Shown one piece after another: positions 25,384-36,400 of a DNA stretch of 42,654 nt. This DNA comes from Acinetobacter phage vB_AbaP_Acibel007. The notes below the pieces were generated by a model, which searched no databases, was not told where the DNA came from, and saw only the letters and a program-made list of their open reading frames with translations. Every line of letters begins with the position of its first letter. Positions within the stretch are counted from its first letter, which is position 1. The stretch lies in the sequence record KJ473423.1, one strand, 5' to 3'. The translations under genes were made by a program, and so were the position numbers.

Positions 25384-26397
25384 ATGGCTCAAGGTACTAC
25401 TTATCAACCGAATACAACTCGCTCACATTGGAGTGGTGCGAACTCAGATAAAGACGATCACTTAGAACTTTATACAGGTATTGTAGATTCACGTTTCCAA
25501 TACACTCAAATCTTCCAAGGTTTGTCTGCTCAGCGTTCTACTGAATCACGTTCTAATACTATCCGTCTTGACCGTTTGAACGGTTCAAAGGTTAAGGGTC
25601 GTAAAGCGGGTGAGGCAATCGAGTCTCAGCGTGTGACTTCAGATAAAATGAACATCACAGTCGAGTGTATGATGTACATTCGTAACCCTATCGATTGGAT
25701 GGACGATTGGACTGCACCTGACTTCTTGACCGATATTGGTCGTGACAACGGTACTGAGTTTGGTCTAGCATACGATGAGGCGCACTTAATCCGTCTGATC
25801 AAAGCCCGTAACTGGGTAGCACCTGCACACTTAGCAGTGTCGTTTAAAGATGGTATGCATGTAGAGGTTGCTTTGAAAGCTGCGACTACTACTGCTGATC
25901 TTGAAGCTAACGCTGAAGCTCTTGTATATGCTCACGGTGTGCTTGTAGAGGAACTTACTAACCGTCATGTACCTTTAATGGACATGATCACTGCGGTAAC
26001 TCCTAAAGTGTTTGGTGAGCTTTTACATCACCCTAAATTGATCAACAAAGACTACGTAGCTTCTAACGGTGACTTCGCAGGTCGTCGTATCGTTGAGGTT
26101 AACGGTCTACCTATCGTACAGATGACTGCGTTTCCTAAGACTGTGGGTACTAACCATATCTTGTCTACGGAGACCAACGGTAACGCGTTTGATGTGACTG
26201 CGGATGATGTGAAAGGTGAGATGATCATTTTCTCTAAAGCGCTGTCTCTAGTCACTGTAACTGCACAGGCTTTCGTATCTGACTTTTGGAAAGATAAAGC
26301 TGAGATGTGTAACGTGTTGGACTGCTTCACTATGTTCACCGTTGATATTCGTCGTGCTGATACTGTTGGTGTTGCGTTGATCACTCGTACACCTTAA
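25384..26397 (+). CDS. Major capsid protein
   Basis: 337 aa, following the scaffold, with a strong SD. Size matches T7 gp10A (345 aa). Confidence 0.8.
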   Translation: MAQGTTYQPNTTRSHWSGANSDKDDHLELYTGIVDSRFQYTQIFQGLSAQRSTESRSNTIRLDRLNGSKVKGRKAGEAIESQRVTSDKMNITVECMMYIRNPIDWMDDWTAPDFLTDIGRDNGTEFGLAYDEAHLIRLIKARNWVAPAHLAVSFKDGMHVEVALKAATTTADLEANAEALVYAHGVLVEELTNRHVPLMDMITAVTPKVFGELLHHPKLINKDYVASNGDFAGRRIVEVNGLPIVQMTAFPKTVGTNHILSTETNGNAFDVTADDVKGEMIIFSKALSLVTVTAQAFVSDFWKDKAEMCNVLDCFTMFTVDIRRADTVGVALITRTP

Positions 26398-26406
26398 TCA
26401 TAACAC

Positions 26407-26434
26407 GGAGGGCTTCGGCTCTCCATTCAATTTT
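26407..26434 (+). terminator. T-phi-like hairpin terminator after the capsid gene (UUCG tetraloop)
   Basis: Stem GGAGGGC-ttcg-GCTCTCC (7 bp, one G-U pair), followed by ATTCAATTTT. Its position is analogous to T-phi after T7 gene 10. Confidence 0.5.
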
Positions 26435-26448
26435 AGGAGTAAAATAAC

Positions 26449-26673
26449 ATGGCTAAACTAGGCGAGACAATTGTATCCAGTGCTATCTCAGGTAAACCTT
26501 TAACTTTATCAGATAAAGCTTTTTCTTTGGTAGGACAAGCAAATGATAAGGTAGCTGCGTTAGAGGGTCAGGTTCAAGCATTACTAGCTCTTGTAGCTGC
26601 ACAAGGTATTGCCCCTACACCAGTAGAAGCACCTGTAGCAAAACCTGTTGCTAAGGCTAAGACGGGAGAGTAA
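26449..26673 (+). CDS. Hypothetical small protein (74 aa)
   Basis: TAGGAG SD. Ala/Val-rich. Confidence 0.5.
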   Translation: MAKLGETIVSSAISGKPLTLSDKAFSLVGQANDKVAALEGQVQALLALVAAQGIAPTPVEAPVAKPVAKAKTGE

Positions 26674-26675
26674 TC

Positions 26676-26861
26676 ATGGCGTTAATCAAAACGATTAATG
26701 CTGCTGATCTTCAAGGTACTAATGAGGTGAGTGTTGACTTCACCTCTGTACTTACCGCTATCAGTGGCGTTAAAACAGATACCACTGCTATACAGGCAGA
26801 CGTTACCGCTGTTAAGGCTGACGTAGCTGTTATCAAAACTAACACTACACCAACACCGTAA
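26676..26861 (+). CDS. Hypothetical small protein (61 aa)
   Basis: GGGAGAG SD. Thr/Val/Ala-rich. Confidence 0.45.
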   Translation: MALIKTINAADLQGTNEVSVDFTSVLTAISGVKTDTTAIQADVTAVKADVAVIKTNTTPTP

Positions 26862-26941
26862 ACTCGAAAGGGTTTACTTTAAGATATAATCCAAGCAACG
26901 TAAATCCCAAGTGGTCGTATTGTGGTGATTATATCTTAAAG
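26858..26941 (+). other. Compound hairpin region: GTAAAC-loop-GTTTAC stem plus 15-bp perfect inverted repeat (CTTTAAGATATAATC / GATTATATCTTAAAG) with 35-nt loop
   Basis: Bases 26877-26891 are the exact reverse complement of 26927-26941. A smaller stem at 26858-26877 overlaps the stop codon. The region lies in the 5' leader of the tail tubular A gene. Confidence 0.5.
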
Positions 26942-26965
26942 TGAATCAACCATAGGAGGTATAAT

Positions 26966-27523
26966 ATGGATATGTTAGAAGCTGTAAATACTGTATTACC
27001 TTATATGGGTGAACACGTAGTTACACGTATTGAGGGTGCAAAGCATCCATCTGTAGATTTAATCCAAGCTGCTATCAAGCGTCAGCAAGTAACATTGTTG
27101 ACTACTGGTTGGTGGTTTAATGAACTACATCTAAAGTTACTCCCTAACCAACAAGGTTTCATTGATGTGCCTGAAGATACGTTAGAAGCGTATGGTAAGA
27201 ATATCAGTGTTACGTTAGATGGTGAGCGTTTCTTCAATCTTGATGAGGGTTCACGATATTTCTCTAAACCGTTAGAAGTTAAGATTGTACGTAATGTACC
27301 TTTTGAGAAGTTACCTGAAACTGCTGCATTATATGTAACATATAAAGCTGCTATTGAGGTATATACTGCTGATCTTGGTGCTGAGGATGTACTTCAGATT
27401 CTAAACAATTATGCAAACGATAACTTGATTTCTTTTAAGGAACTCAATTTACGTCAACGGAAGTATAACAGTAAACGGACGGCGCGACAGTTCAGTTCGT
27501 ATAATCGGTTACGACACCGCTAG
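26966..27523 (+). CDS. Tail tubular protein A (T7 gp11-like)
   Basis: 185 aa. The GWWFN segment matches the GWTFN segment of T7 gp11. Position is after the capsid. Confidence 0.75.
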   Translation: MDMLEAVNTVLPYMGEHVVTRIEGAKHPSVDLIQAAIKRQQVTLLTTGWWFNELHLKLLPNQQGFIDVPEDTLEAYGKNISVTLDGERFFNLDEGSRYFSKPLEVKIVRNVPFEKLPETAALYVTYKAAIEVYTADLGAEDVLQILNNYANDNLISFKELNLRQRKYNSKRTARQFSSYNRLRHR

Positions 27524-27533
27524 GAGGTGAGCA

Positions 27534-29843
27534 ATGGCAGTACGTGAGGGTACGTATAAATCCTTATTACAAGGTGTATCGCAACAGACCCCACAAGAAC
27601 GTGCAGACGGACAATTAGGTTCACAGCTTAATATGCTGTCTGACCCTGTTACTGCATTACGTCGTCGTGGTGGTATTAAATTACATGCTGTATTAGAAGA
27701 CTTGGACAAGAGTAGTTATATTCGCATGACCGAGATTCTAGGTGATACTTATATTACCGTTATTGATACAGCTAAAGGTTCATTAAGTGTATACACTTTT
27801 GATGGTGGACTAAAGTCAACTATTCAAAATGATTATTTTAAAGCTCGTAGTAAATCTAGTATTCGTACTACAGTATCTAAGGATAATTTCTTCATTCTAA
27901 ATACTGAGTTAATCCCTACCAAACAGCTCGAAGCTGAGGCGGGTAAGAATCCTAAGCACTACGGGTACTTCAGCATTGTGTCTACAGCGTTTAGTAAAGT
28001 ATTTACTATATCTGTAACTCACCCCTCTATTGGTACTATAACTAAGACGGTTACTGCATCTAGCGACAATGCTGCTGAGGCAAGTCAGGAAAATATCGCT
28101 CGTGGTCTTGCGGATTTATTCTCTCAAGATACTACTTTTGCAGCGGTGTTTAATGTACACCGTACAGGTATAACTGTAGCGTTTGAGGTAAAGGATAAGA
28201 CGCAAACTGGTACTACAGTTGTGGACTCTACTACTGGTGTTACTTATGTTGTTAAGTCAGGTGCATCCCGTGTTGTGAATAAGGCTGAGTTACTGGGTAC
28301 ACTACCATCGGTACTTGATGGTTATATCATGGCTGTAGGTAACGTAGGTAACTCTGCATACTACAAATTCGATCATGGTGCATTACGTTGGGCTGAGACT
28401 GGTGTTTATGAGCCTAACTATAAACTTATCAATGAGCCTATGTATTGGTATCTTGATGCTGCTGATACTGTGAAGCTTGTACCGTTAGGTATTAAACCTC
28501 GTGAGGCAGGTGATGACGATAATAACCCTGACCCTAAATTCATTGGGTACGGTTTGACAGGTATTGGTAGCTACCAATCCCGTCTAGTATTATTGAGTGG
28601 TTCATACGTCAATATGAGTCAGACGCGTTACTTCAACCAATTCATGCGTACTACGGTTACTGAACTGTTAGATGATGATGCTATTGAGGTTTCTAGTTCT
28701 GCACTTAGCTCTGCACAGTTTGAATACTGTGTGCCTTATAATAAGGACTTGGTGTTAATTGCACAGACACAGCAAGCAGTGATCCCTGCTAACTCGACTG
28801 TACTCACACCTAAATCTGCGGTGATCTATCCGAGTACAAAAGTAGATTTGTCACTAGCTGCTGAACCCCAAGTTGTAGCTAGAAGTTTGTATTACACGTA
28901 TCAACGTGGGGCAGATTATTATCAAGTAGGTGAGTTTATTCCCAACACATATACCGACGCACAGTATTACAATCAGAATTTAACTGATCATGTACCACTG
29001 TACGCTACAGGTGTTTGTACATGTATTGCTGCATCTACTACTAACAACATGGTAGTGATGAGTTCAGACTCCCGTGATGTATTGGTTAATCAGTTCTTAT
29101 GGGTTGGTGAAGATCGCCCTCTGATGAGCTTCCATAAATGGGAGTACCCATTACCTGTTGTATACGCTCAGTTCATTCAAGAATACTTAATCGTGTTCAT
29201 GGATGATGGGCAGGGTAACTTAGTCATCGGTACTCAGAACGTACAGTTAAACCAATTAGATGATAAACCTATCCCATTCCTTGACTTGTATGGTTATGTG
29301 ACCATTGAGAACGGTGTTGGTGTTTTACCTGAGTATTTACTTGAGATGAAACCTGATGATATGGAGTTAGCTGCATCTATATATAATGACCGTTATCTGC
29401 GCCACCAAGAGATTGAGTTCTCGTATGATGATGAGGGTAATGTTACATGTCCTTATGATGGTGTTATCTATGTTGGTGTACGCTTCACAAGTGAGTTTAC
29501 TTTGACACCTCCTTTTATTAAGGATGAGAACGGTAAGGTCGTGGCAGGGGCTAAGAGTACGGTAGTACGCCTAGACATGGAATTTAAGAACACAGGTACG
29601 TTTAAAGTGTCCGTAAAGGATACTATGGGTGACTCATACTACAATGAGCTTGATACTGCTTTAACGTGGTCTGAGGCTGATTTAGGATATACATGGGTTA
29701 ATAGTATCGGTCAGGTATCTATCCCGTGTCGTACTCGTTTAACGTCTACACAGTGTTCTGTAGAGACTGTAGGTACAACAGATTTAAACCTTACTAACTG
29801 CAACTACTTATTAAGGTTGAATCAGAAGCATCGGAGGATTTAA
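27534..29843 (+). CDS. Tail tubular protein B (T7 gp12-like)
   Basis: 769 aa (T7 gp12 is 794 aa). Position is after tubular A. Confidence 0.8.
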   Translation: MAVREGTYKSLLQGVSQQTPQERADGQLGSQLNMLSDPVTALRRRGGIKLHAVLEDLDKSSYIRMTEILGDTYITVIDTAKGSLSVYTFDGGLKSTIQNDYFKARSKSSIRTTVSKDNFFILNTELIPTKQLEAEAGKNPKHYGYFSIVSTAFSKVFTISVTHPSIGTITKTVTASSDNAAEASQENIARGLADLFSQDTTFAAVFNVHRTGITVAFEVKDKTQTGTTVVDSTTGVTYVVKSGASRVVNKAELLGTLPSVLDGYIMAVGNVGNSAYYKFDHGALRWAETGVYEPNYKLINEPMYWYLDAADTVKLVPLGIKPREAGDDDNNPDPKFIGYGLTGIGSYQSRLVLLSGSYVNMSQTRYFNQFMRTTVTELLDDDAIEVSSSALSSAQFEYCVPYNKDLVLIAQTQQAVIPANSTVLTPKSAVIYPSTKVDLSLAAEPQVVARSLYYTYQRGADYYQVGEFIPNTYTDAQYYNQNLTDHVPLYATGVCTCIAASTTNNMVVMSSDSRDVLVNQFLWVGEDRPLMSFHKWEYPLPVVYAQFIQEYLIVFMDDGQGNLVIGTQNVQLNQLDDKPIPFLDLYGYVTIENGVGVLPEYLLEMKPDDMELAASIYNDRYLRHQEIEFSYDDEGNVTCPYDGVIYVGVRFTSEFTLTPPFIKDENGKVVAGAKSTVVRLDMEFKNTGTFKVSVKDTMGDSYYNELDTALTWSEADLGYTWVNSIGQVSIPCRTRLTSTQCSVETVGTTDLNLTNCNYLLRLNQKHRRI

Positions 29844-29844
29844 C

Positions 29845-30549
29845 ATGGCAGGCAATATGCAGGCAGGTTTATCTACTGGTATGCAAGGCACACAGGGGAT
29901 GGGTGGTCAAGTTGGTGGTATGTGGGGTGCGGTCATCGGTGGTATCGGTGGCTTCGCTCTAGGTTATAATACACCTGACTACGAGAAGATTGCCCGTGAG
30001 AAATATAATAACGAGGTAGTTAAAAATGCTATCTCGTCTTTGTTCGATATGCGTCGTGTACAGAATGTAGAGAACATGCGCACAGCACAGGCTCTCGCAG
30101 CTTATCGAGATCAACAGACAGTTACTACAAGTTCATATAACGCCCAATATGGCGCTAATGATGTGGTGGGTGCTTCTGCGGATGCTCTAAAGAATACATT
30201 AGCCTTTCAAACAGATCAGGCTATTGCACAAACATGGTTTAACTATGAAACAGGTATTGATAACTACAACATTGGTGTTGAGGGTACAGTGAACTCTGCA
30301 TTAGCAGGCTTACGTCGAACCAAAGGTGATCAGCGTACTATGGACTTAGGCGCACTCACTAAATCAGGTTTAGATATGTACAAGCAATACGGTGGTAGTT
30401 TCAATAACGCAATGGGTAACTTGTGGGGTGGTGGTTCTACAACAACTCAAGGCGTGTCAGGTGGTGGCTTAGGCGGTCTATCTGATTTTGGTTCGTTTGG
30501 TAAAGGTGGCTCAGCCAGTGGTTTAACTGGTGGTAGTTCATTAGCTTAA
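29845..30549 (+). CDS. Internal virion protein A (Gly-rich)
   Basis: 234 aa with Gly-rich termini. Position matches the gp13/14 class. Confidence 0.6.
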   Translation: MAGNMQAGLSTGMQGTQGMGGQVGGMWGAVIGGIGGFALGYNTPDYEKIAREKYNNEVVKNAISSLFDMRRVQNVENMRTAQALAAYRDQQTVTTSSYNAQYGANDVVGASADALKNTLAFQTDQAIAQTWFNYETGIDNYNIGVEGTVNSALAGLRRTKGDQRTMDLGALTKSGLDMYKQYGGSFNNAMGNLWGGGSTTTQGVSGGGLGGLSDFGSFGKGGSASGLTGGSSLA

Positions 30550-30564
30550 TATAGGAGTTTATAC

Positions 30565-33462
30565 ATGCCTACTATGGTTCAACAACCCGACTTAATTACA
30601 CCCGAAGTATCTCGACTTCAAGCGATTGATCGTCCTGTAGAACGTAGTGGGCTTAGCTCATTCCTAACAGAATTACTCCCGCAAGTTAAAGCGGGATTCG
30701 ACGAGTATCAGAAAGAAAACCGAGACCATTATATTGCGTTAGGTCGTAATGATGAGTTAAACGGTGTACAACGTGATGTGTCTATTATTGACTCTCACAA
30801 CTATAACCAAGGTAAAGAGTTCCAAAAGGTTACATCTACACAGGCTGAACAACAACAGTTATTCCGTGATACTGTAACTCAAATGGCTCGTGATGGTAAG
30901 TCTGCTGAGGAAATCTTCGATGCAGGTAAACAGTATCTCACTGGTTATACTAACGCTGTCCATGATAGTCAGCTACAATCAGATTTAAAAGAGGTGTTGT
31001 ATAATGCAGGTCTCAAAGAGAACACTGCATATCAAACTCTTATTTCCAAAACAATTAATGAAGTGGCTTTACAACGTGAACAGTTTGATTCTCAGACTCG
31101 TACTGCAAACACGTATAAGTTACTGACTGAGCAGAATCATACACCTGCACAGATTACGGAATTACTTGAGGCTCATGTACAGAAAGCATTTGCTGCTAAG
31201 ATTGCTAGTAACGTGGGTATTGACCCTAAAGAAGCTATGCAAGCTGCACAGTCTGAAGTACAGACTATGTTCAAGTATTGGGCAGGTCAGATCGACCCGT
31301 CTAGTCCTGATGCTGCTGCATTCGTAAACACTTTGAATAACACATTAGATGTAGCTGTTCAAGGTGGTATCGTGAGTATGTCCACTGTTGTCGATTTACA
31401 AAGTAATGCTAATGGTATCCGTTCACAGATTCTTGAGAACAACGGTATCCAATTAGAGAACTCTATGAAAGAGGGTATGTGGAATATTCAACGTGGTAAT
31501 GCAGAGTACAGTCACGACTTCGTACAATCACAGTTAACAGAGATTAACCGTAAAGAAGCCCAAGGTTTACTTACACCTGCTAAGGCTGCACAACTACGAG
31601 ATAACTTATTCTCCTTTGGGGAAACTCAATACAATAAGTTATTACAGGCTGAACTAGACCCTGCACAGCTAGTTAAGGGCGGTGTCTCTATGATGGAGTA
31701 TGCTGCACTTGGTAAAGGTGGTGAGGATAGCTATAGTGGTCATATCAGTAATTACTATGATGGTATTAACAATGGTGACCCTGTTGCTGCGGGTTCTGCT
31801 AAGGTTGCCCACGCTTTACGTGGTGACCCTAATGGTGAGAACTTACCGTCGCTTATGCGTAACGGTACACAGCAACTATCAAGTCAATTCGTGAGTTTCT
31901 TATCGCTACCTCAAGACCAAGCTGCTAAACAACCACATTATCAGAATGCTGTTAAAGCGTATGATAGTCTGAAAGCTACTTACATGCAATTGAAAGCTCA
32001 AGGTTCTCCTTTGGCTGAGCAATTACTTGCAGGTGTACCTGAAGATTACCGTGGTACTGTTATGGAGATGTTCGCAGGTAATGCTAATATGAACGCTAGT
32101 GCTGAAGCTCTACGTAACCCTGTTCAAACTAACCAACGTCAAAAGAACGTGTCTGAGGCTATTCAGGCTATGAACTGGGATAACGTAGGTGGTAACAAAT
32201 GGTTTGGTCGTGGTGTAGGTGGTGGTTCACGTTTACTTAGTGGTATCTCTGAGGATGTACGTGGTTCATATATGAAGAATATGGAGATGGTCTATTCAGA
32301 CTCTAAACATGCTCTTGCTAATGGTTCTACATCTGCTAATCCCGAACTACTTGTAGCTAATGCTACGGCTTTAGGTATGCACGTTAAATCCCCTGCGGGT
32401 TACAACGATGCTTTATTTACAGCAGGTGCGTCTAAGGTTTACCATAACATCACTCATAAGGGTGTTAAGTTGTCGGCTGATTATATTGGTCATGCAACTG
32501 ATGAGCTTCGTCGTACTGTGGCTAAGTCTGCAAATAGTTCTCCTGATAACGTGTTGATTCATACAGATCGTACAGGTCGCTATGTAATTGTCCAACCGTT
32601 CGATAAGAATGGTAAGTTATTAAAGGATAAGCAAGGTGATGCATTCCAAGGTGAGGTTTATAATCAGAGCCAATTCGTTAACTTAATGAAGAAAGCTTAT
32701 GATGCTGACCAAGCTAAATACAAGAAGCACACTAGCACATTTGAAACTATCGGTACTGCATTCAGTAGTAAAGGTGTTAGTGATACACTTGGTAGTACAG
32801 CTAACTACAAAGAGGATATGGCTAAGTGGCGTAAAGAGTCTAAGTCGTACACATTGAACACAGCAGGCTCACTAGGTCAGACTGTTATCTCATTACCTAA
32901 TGGTACTAAGACACAGGCTAAAATCCCTACGTTAGCATCTGTACCGTTTAATGGTAACGTACAGCTAGCTACAGCATGGCAGGGTTTCCTCAATAACTAT
33001 GAGGGGTTCAAACCTACTATAGGTGTTGTTAAAGGTACTGGTACAGACAATGACGGTTTGATCATCGGTAACGGTGTTAACCTATATGCACATCCTAAAT
33101 GGAAAGCACGTTTCCAAGCTGCACAGGGTAACCCACAAGCTTTGCTTAATCTACAGGCTGAGTTCATGTCTAATAATATGAAAGATCAGCAGTTAGAGGC
33201 TAAGCGTTTAGGTATCCCAGTAGCTACCAATAAACCGTACAATCCACAATTCATTTCAGCACAGCTACTACTTGCGGATTACAAATGGCACAACGGTAAC
33301 TATAATACCATCCGTGATATTATGTCAGCACCTACGTATAACCAAGCACTAGCTAAAATGCGTAAGTCGTCTGCATACACACACGCGGGTGATGGTCACC
33401 GTCGTAACGTTGCGCGTCGTAACATGCTTCGTGATTACTACTTAGCAATGGGTAAACTTTAA
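30565..33462 (+). CDS. Internal virion protein B (gp15-like)
   Basis: 965 aa, second of three large internal core genes. Confidence 0.65.
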   Translation: MPTMVQQPDLITPEVSRLQAIDRPVERSGLSSFLTELLPQVKAGFDEYQKENRDHYIALGRNDELNGVQRDVSIIDSHNYNQGKEFQKVTSTQAEQQQLFRDTVTQMARDGKSAEEIFDAGKQYLTGYTNAVHDSQLQSDLKEVLYNAGLKENTAYQTLISKTINEVALQREQFDSQTRTANTYKLLTEQNHTPAQITELLEAHVQKAFAAKIASNVGIDPKEAMQAAQSEVQTMFKYWAGQIDPSSPDAAAFVNTLNNTLDVAVQGGIVSMSTVVDLQSNANGIRSQILENNGIQLENSMKEGMWNIQRGNAEYSHDFVQSQLTEINRKEAQGLLTPAKAAQLRDNLFSFGETQYNKLLQAELDPAQLVKGGVSMMEYAALGKGGEDSYSGHISNYYDGINNGDPVAAGSAKVAHALRGDPNGENLPSLMRNGTQQLSSQFVSFLSLPQDQAAKQPHYQNAVKAYDSLKATYMQLKAQGSPLAEQLLAGVPEDYRGTVMEMFAGNANMNASAEALRNPVQTNQRQKNVSEAIQAMNWDNVGGNKWFGRGVGGGSRLLSGISEDVRGSYMKNMEMVYSDSKHALANGSTSANPELLVANATALGMHVKSPAGYNDALFTAGASKVYHNITHKGVKLSADYIGHATDELRRTVAKSANSSPDNVLIHTDRTGRYVIVQPFDKNGKLLKDKQGDAFQGEVYNQSQFVNLMKKAYDADQAKYKKHTSTFETIGTAFSSKGVSDTLGSTANYKEDMAKWRKESKSYTLNTAGSLGQTVISLPNGTKTQAKIPTLASVPFNGNVQLATAWQGFLNNYEGFKPTIGVVKGTGTDNDGLIIGNGVNLYAHPKWKARFQAAQGNPQALLNLQAEFMSNNMKDQQLEAKRLGIPVATNKPYNPQFISAQLLLADYKWHNGNYNTIRDIMSAPTYNQALAKMRKSSAYTHAGDGHRRNVARRNMLRDYYLAMGKL

Positions 33463-33481
33463 TTATTAGGAGGTTGTATAA

Positions 33482-36400
33482 ATGGCTAATCAAGTAGGTA
33501 TTAATAAGGACATTCAAGTTCTTCCATCTGTACAACCTGCTATCCCTGACCACGCAGCACCGACTGCGGGTGAGGGTATTCGTCCTAGTACCTATCAACA
33601 ATTAGGACAGGCAACTGAACAAGATTTAGCAGTGACGGGTGAGGAACTCCAAGATGAGGTACTACCTGAACAACCTGCATTATGGAAAGTCGCACAAGTA
33701 GTTGCACCTACAGCAAGAGACTGGGGTAATGCTATTTATGAAGACTTTAAATTTGAACGTGATATTTATTATAATTCGGATGCGGATGCACAAGAGTTCT
33801 TTGAAGCTCATGGTGAACGTAACCGAGATGAAGTAGCTTATATTCATGGCGCACGTAGCTATGAGGATATGCAATTCCGTCAACAACGTATTTTAGATCG
33901 TCGTGATGACAACGAGATTTTAGCTGCCCATCCGATTGCAGGTACTATTGCATCCGTAGTGGATGTTGATTTACCTTTAGCATTCGCACCTGCTGTGGGG
34001 CAGATTGGAGGCGCTGCTAAGTTAGGTCGCTTGACTCAACGTGGTATGCAAGCTGCTGCTCTAGGTGGTGGTGCTTACGGTCTTAACCAATTATTAGAAG
34101 ATGGGTCTACACGTACTCAATCAGAACGTAACTTAGATAGTTTGACATTCGGTTTAGTGGGTTTATTCTCACCTATCAAATATGAAGCCCGTACTACTGG
34201 TACAGCTTTAGATCAAATGGTAGATACTGAGTTAAAAGCTATTGCTCAAGAGACAACTGATACTGCTAACCGTGTAGGTAGTGCAGGTACAACTAACGTA
34301 CTAGGGCATGATATTAAAATGCCTATCTCACAACCGATTGATACCTCTAAATTAGCAGTACCTGATTGGGCTGTTCAGAACAAGGTTGTAGCTGCTCTAC
34401 AGTCGTCGGGAGACTACATGTGGTATCTTACTAAGGGGGATGCAAATCATCCCGCTAATAAGATTCTAGCAGCTCCTAGAACGCAAGGTGATAATGCTCC
34501 TTATGCTACTGCACCAGTACAAGCAACACTTGAAGCTAAATTGGTTGGTGTTGAGGACGCTATCAATGATGCAGCTATGAAGATGTATGGTACAAGTCCT
34601 AACCGCTTCTTTGGTCGTAAAGATCATACAGTTGCCCAGTACCAAGTTACTGAACAATTCGGTCAAGCAATGCAACGCTTAGATCAGGACATACTGTGGA
34701 AAATGAACTCAGGACAACCTGTAGATAAGAAAATGATTCATCAAATGATTGATGAGTCTAATGTTGCAGATGAGATCAAAGCTATTCAAAAGGCGTATGT
34801 AGATTCAGGCTTTGCTGAGACTGCATTGAGCCGAGCTAAACAAGCAGGGTTGCTAGAGAACTTAGATGATGCTGCTGCATTACATTCCCGTGCTACTTAC
34901 ATGCCTGTTAAACACAGTTATGAGCGTATGAACAACTTAATTAAAGCAGGTCAAGTTTCCGAAGATCAGTTATATAACTTCTTAGGTAAACAGATCATGC
35001 GTATGTACCCTGAAATGCAGCAAGCTATGAAGATCGTAACTAAGGCAGGTACTAAGACTGTCGAGCGTAAGTTCCAATTGACTGCTAAACAGTTAGGTCA
35101 GAACTTCTTTGAGAATCAACAGAAACTAGCACTAGGTTTATCTGAAGTACAAACAGCAGGTCTTACCAAAGATCAGATGATTACGTTACTTCGTAAATCA
35201 GGTGTTGATGATGAGAACTTAAATAAGATCGCTGATACTATCTATAAAGGTACTCAGGATGCAGGTACGGGTGTTGCTAAGCAATTCCGTAAACGTCTAT
35301 CTTGGGATTGGAATATGAAGTTCGTAGGTAAAGATGGTGGTGAGTATAGCTTAGGTGATCTTGTAGACGGTAACGCCTACATGAACTTAACTGATTACAC
35401 ACGTACTATGTCTAAACGTATTGGGCTTGCTCAGTATGGTATTAAGACCACTGCTGACCTTGACAATATACTTCAAGGTATCATGAAAGATTTACCCGCA
35501 GACGTTGACATTGCAACCGCTAAGCGTTTCTTACAGAACGTCCGAGCGCAGGCTTTAGGTCATCCTATGGGTGAGGCTGTTCCTGAGACTATCCGTTCAT
35601 TGAACACTGTGGCAGGTGCTACATTCCTATCTAATTCAGGTTTATATAACGTGGTAGATATGGCGACTCAGGTTGCTAAGATGGGATTAGTACGTACATT
35701 GCCTGAGATCATGAAAGGTCTGAAGAACATTGTGAATCCTATGAAGAAACTATCTAAGAATGAAGCTAACGATTTATATGATGTATTGACTGGTCTATTA
35801 AGTACCGATGGTCGATGGAGAAACATCACGACTCGTTATGCTGATGACTTTGAGGTTACTACTGGTATTCATGAGGCTACAGCTTATTACGGTCAGGCTA
35901 CTCGATTCATGAACTTGTCTGAGTACGTTAAACGTATGCAGATTGGTATGATCGGTGGTGTTGTCACTACTGCATTTAAGAACGCAGCTAAAGGCTCAGC
36001 TAAAGATATTAAGTACATGAAAGAAACCTTGAAAATGTCTGATGAATTAACGGAGGCTGTAATCAAGGAACACAAAGCTCATGGTACTAATATTGATATG
36101 TGGTCGAATGATGTACGTATGGCTATGGAACAGAAAGTGTTTTATGAGGCTGATAACTTAGCGCATACTATTCGTTCAGGTGAAATCCCTGCATTCATGG
36201 AACATAGTTCTGTGGGTAAGATCATCTTCCCGTTCATGTCCTTTGCTTTCGCTATGCAACAAAAGGTACTTCGTAATACTTATCAACGTGATGGTGCTGC
36301 GGGTGTGGCTTTATTAGCTGCTGTACAGTTCCCAACTGCTGCATTGATTGGTATGGCTAAGAACATTAAGAATGGTAAAGAGCCTGAAGAAGACTTGGCT

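Noticed and set aside
26340-26448. Possible -1 programmed frameshift extending the capsid protein (10A/10B-like)
   Set aside because: The -1 frame past the capsid stop is open for only ~20 codons. No slippery heptamer is recognisable at the gene end.
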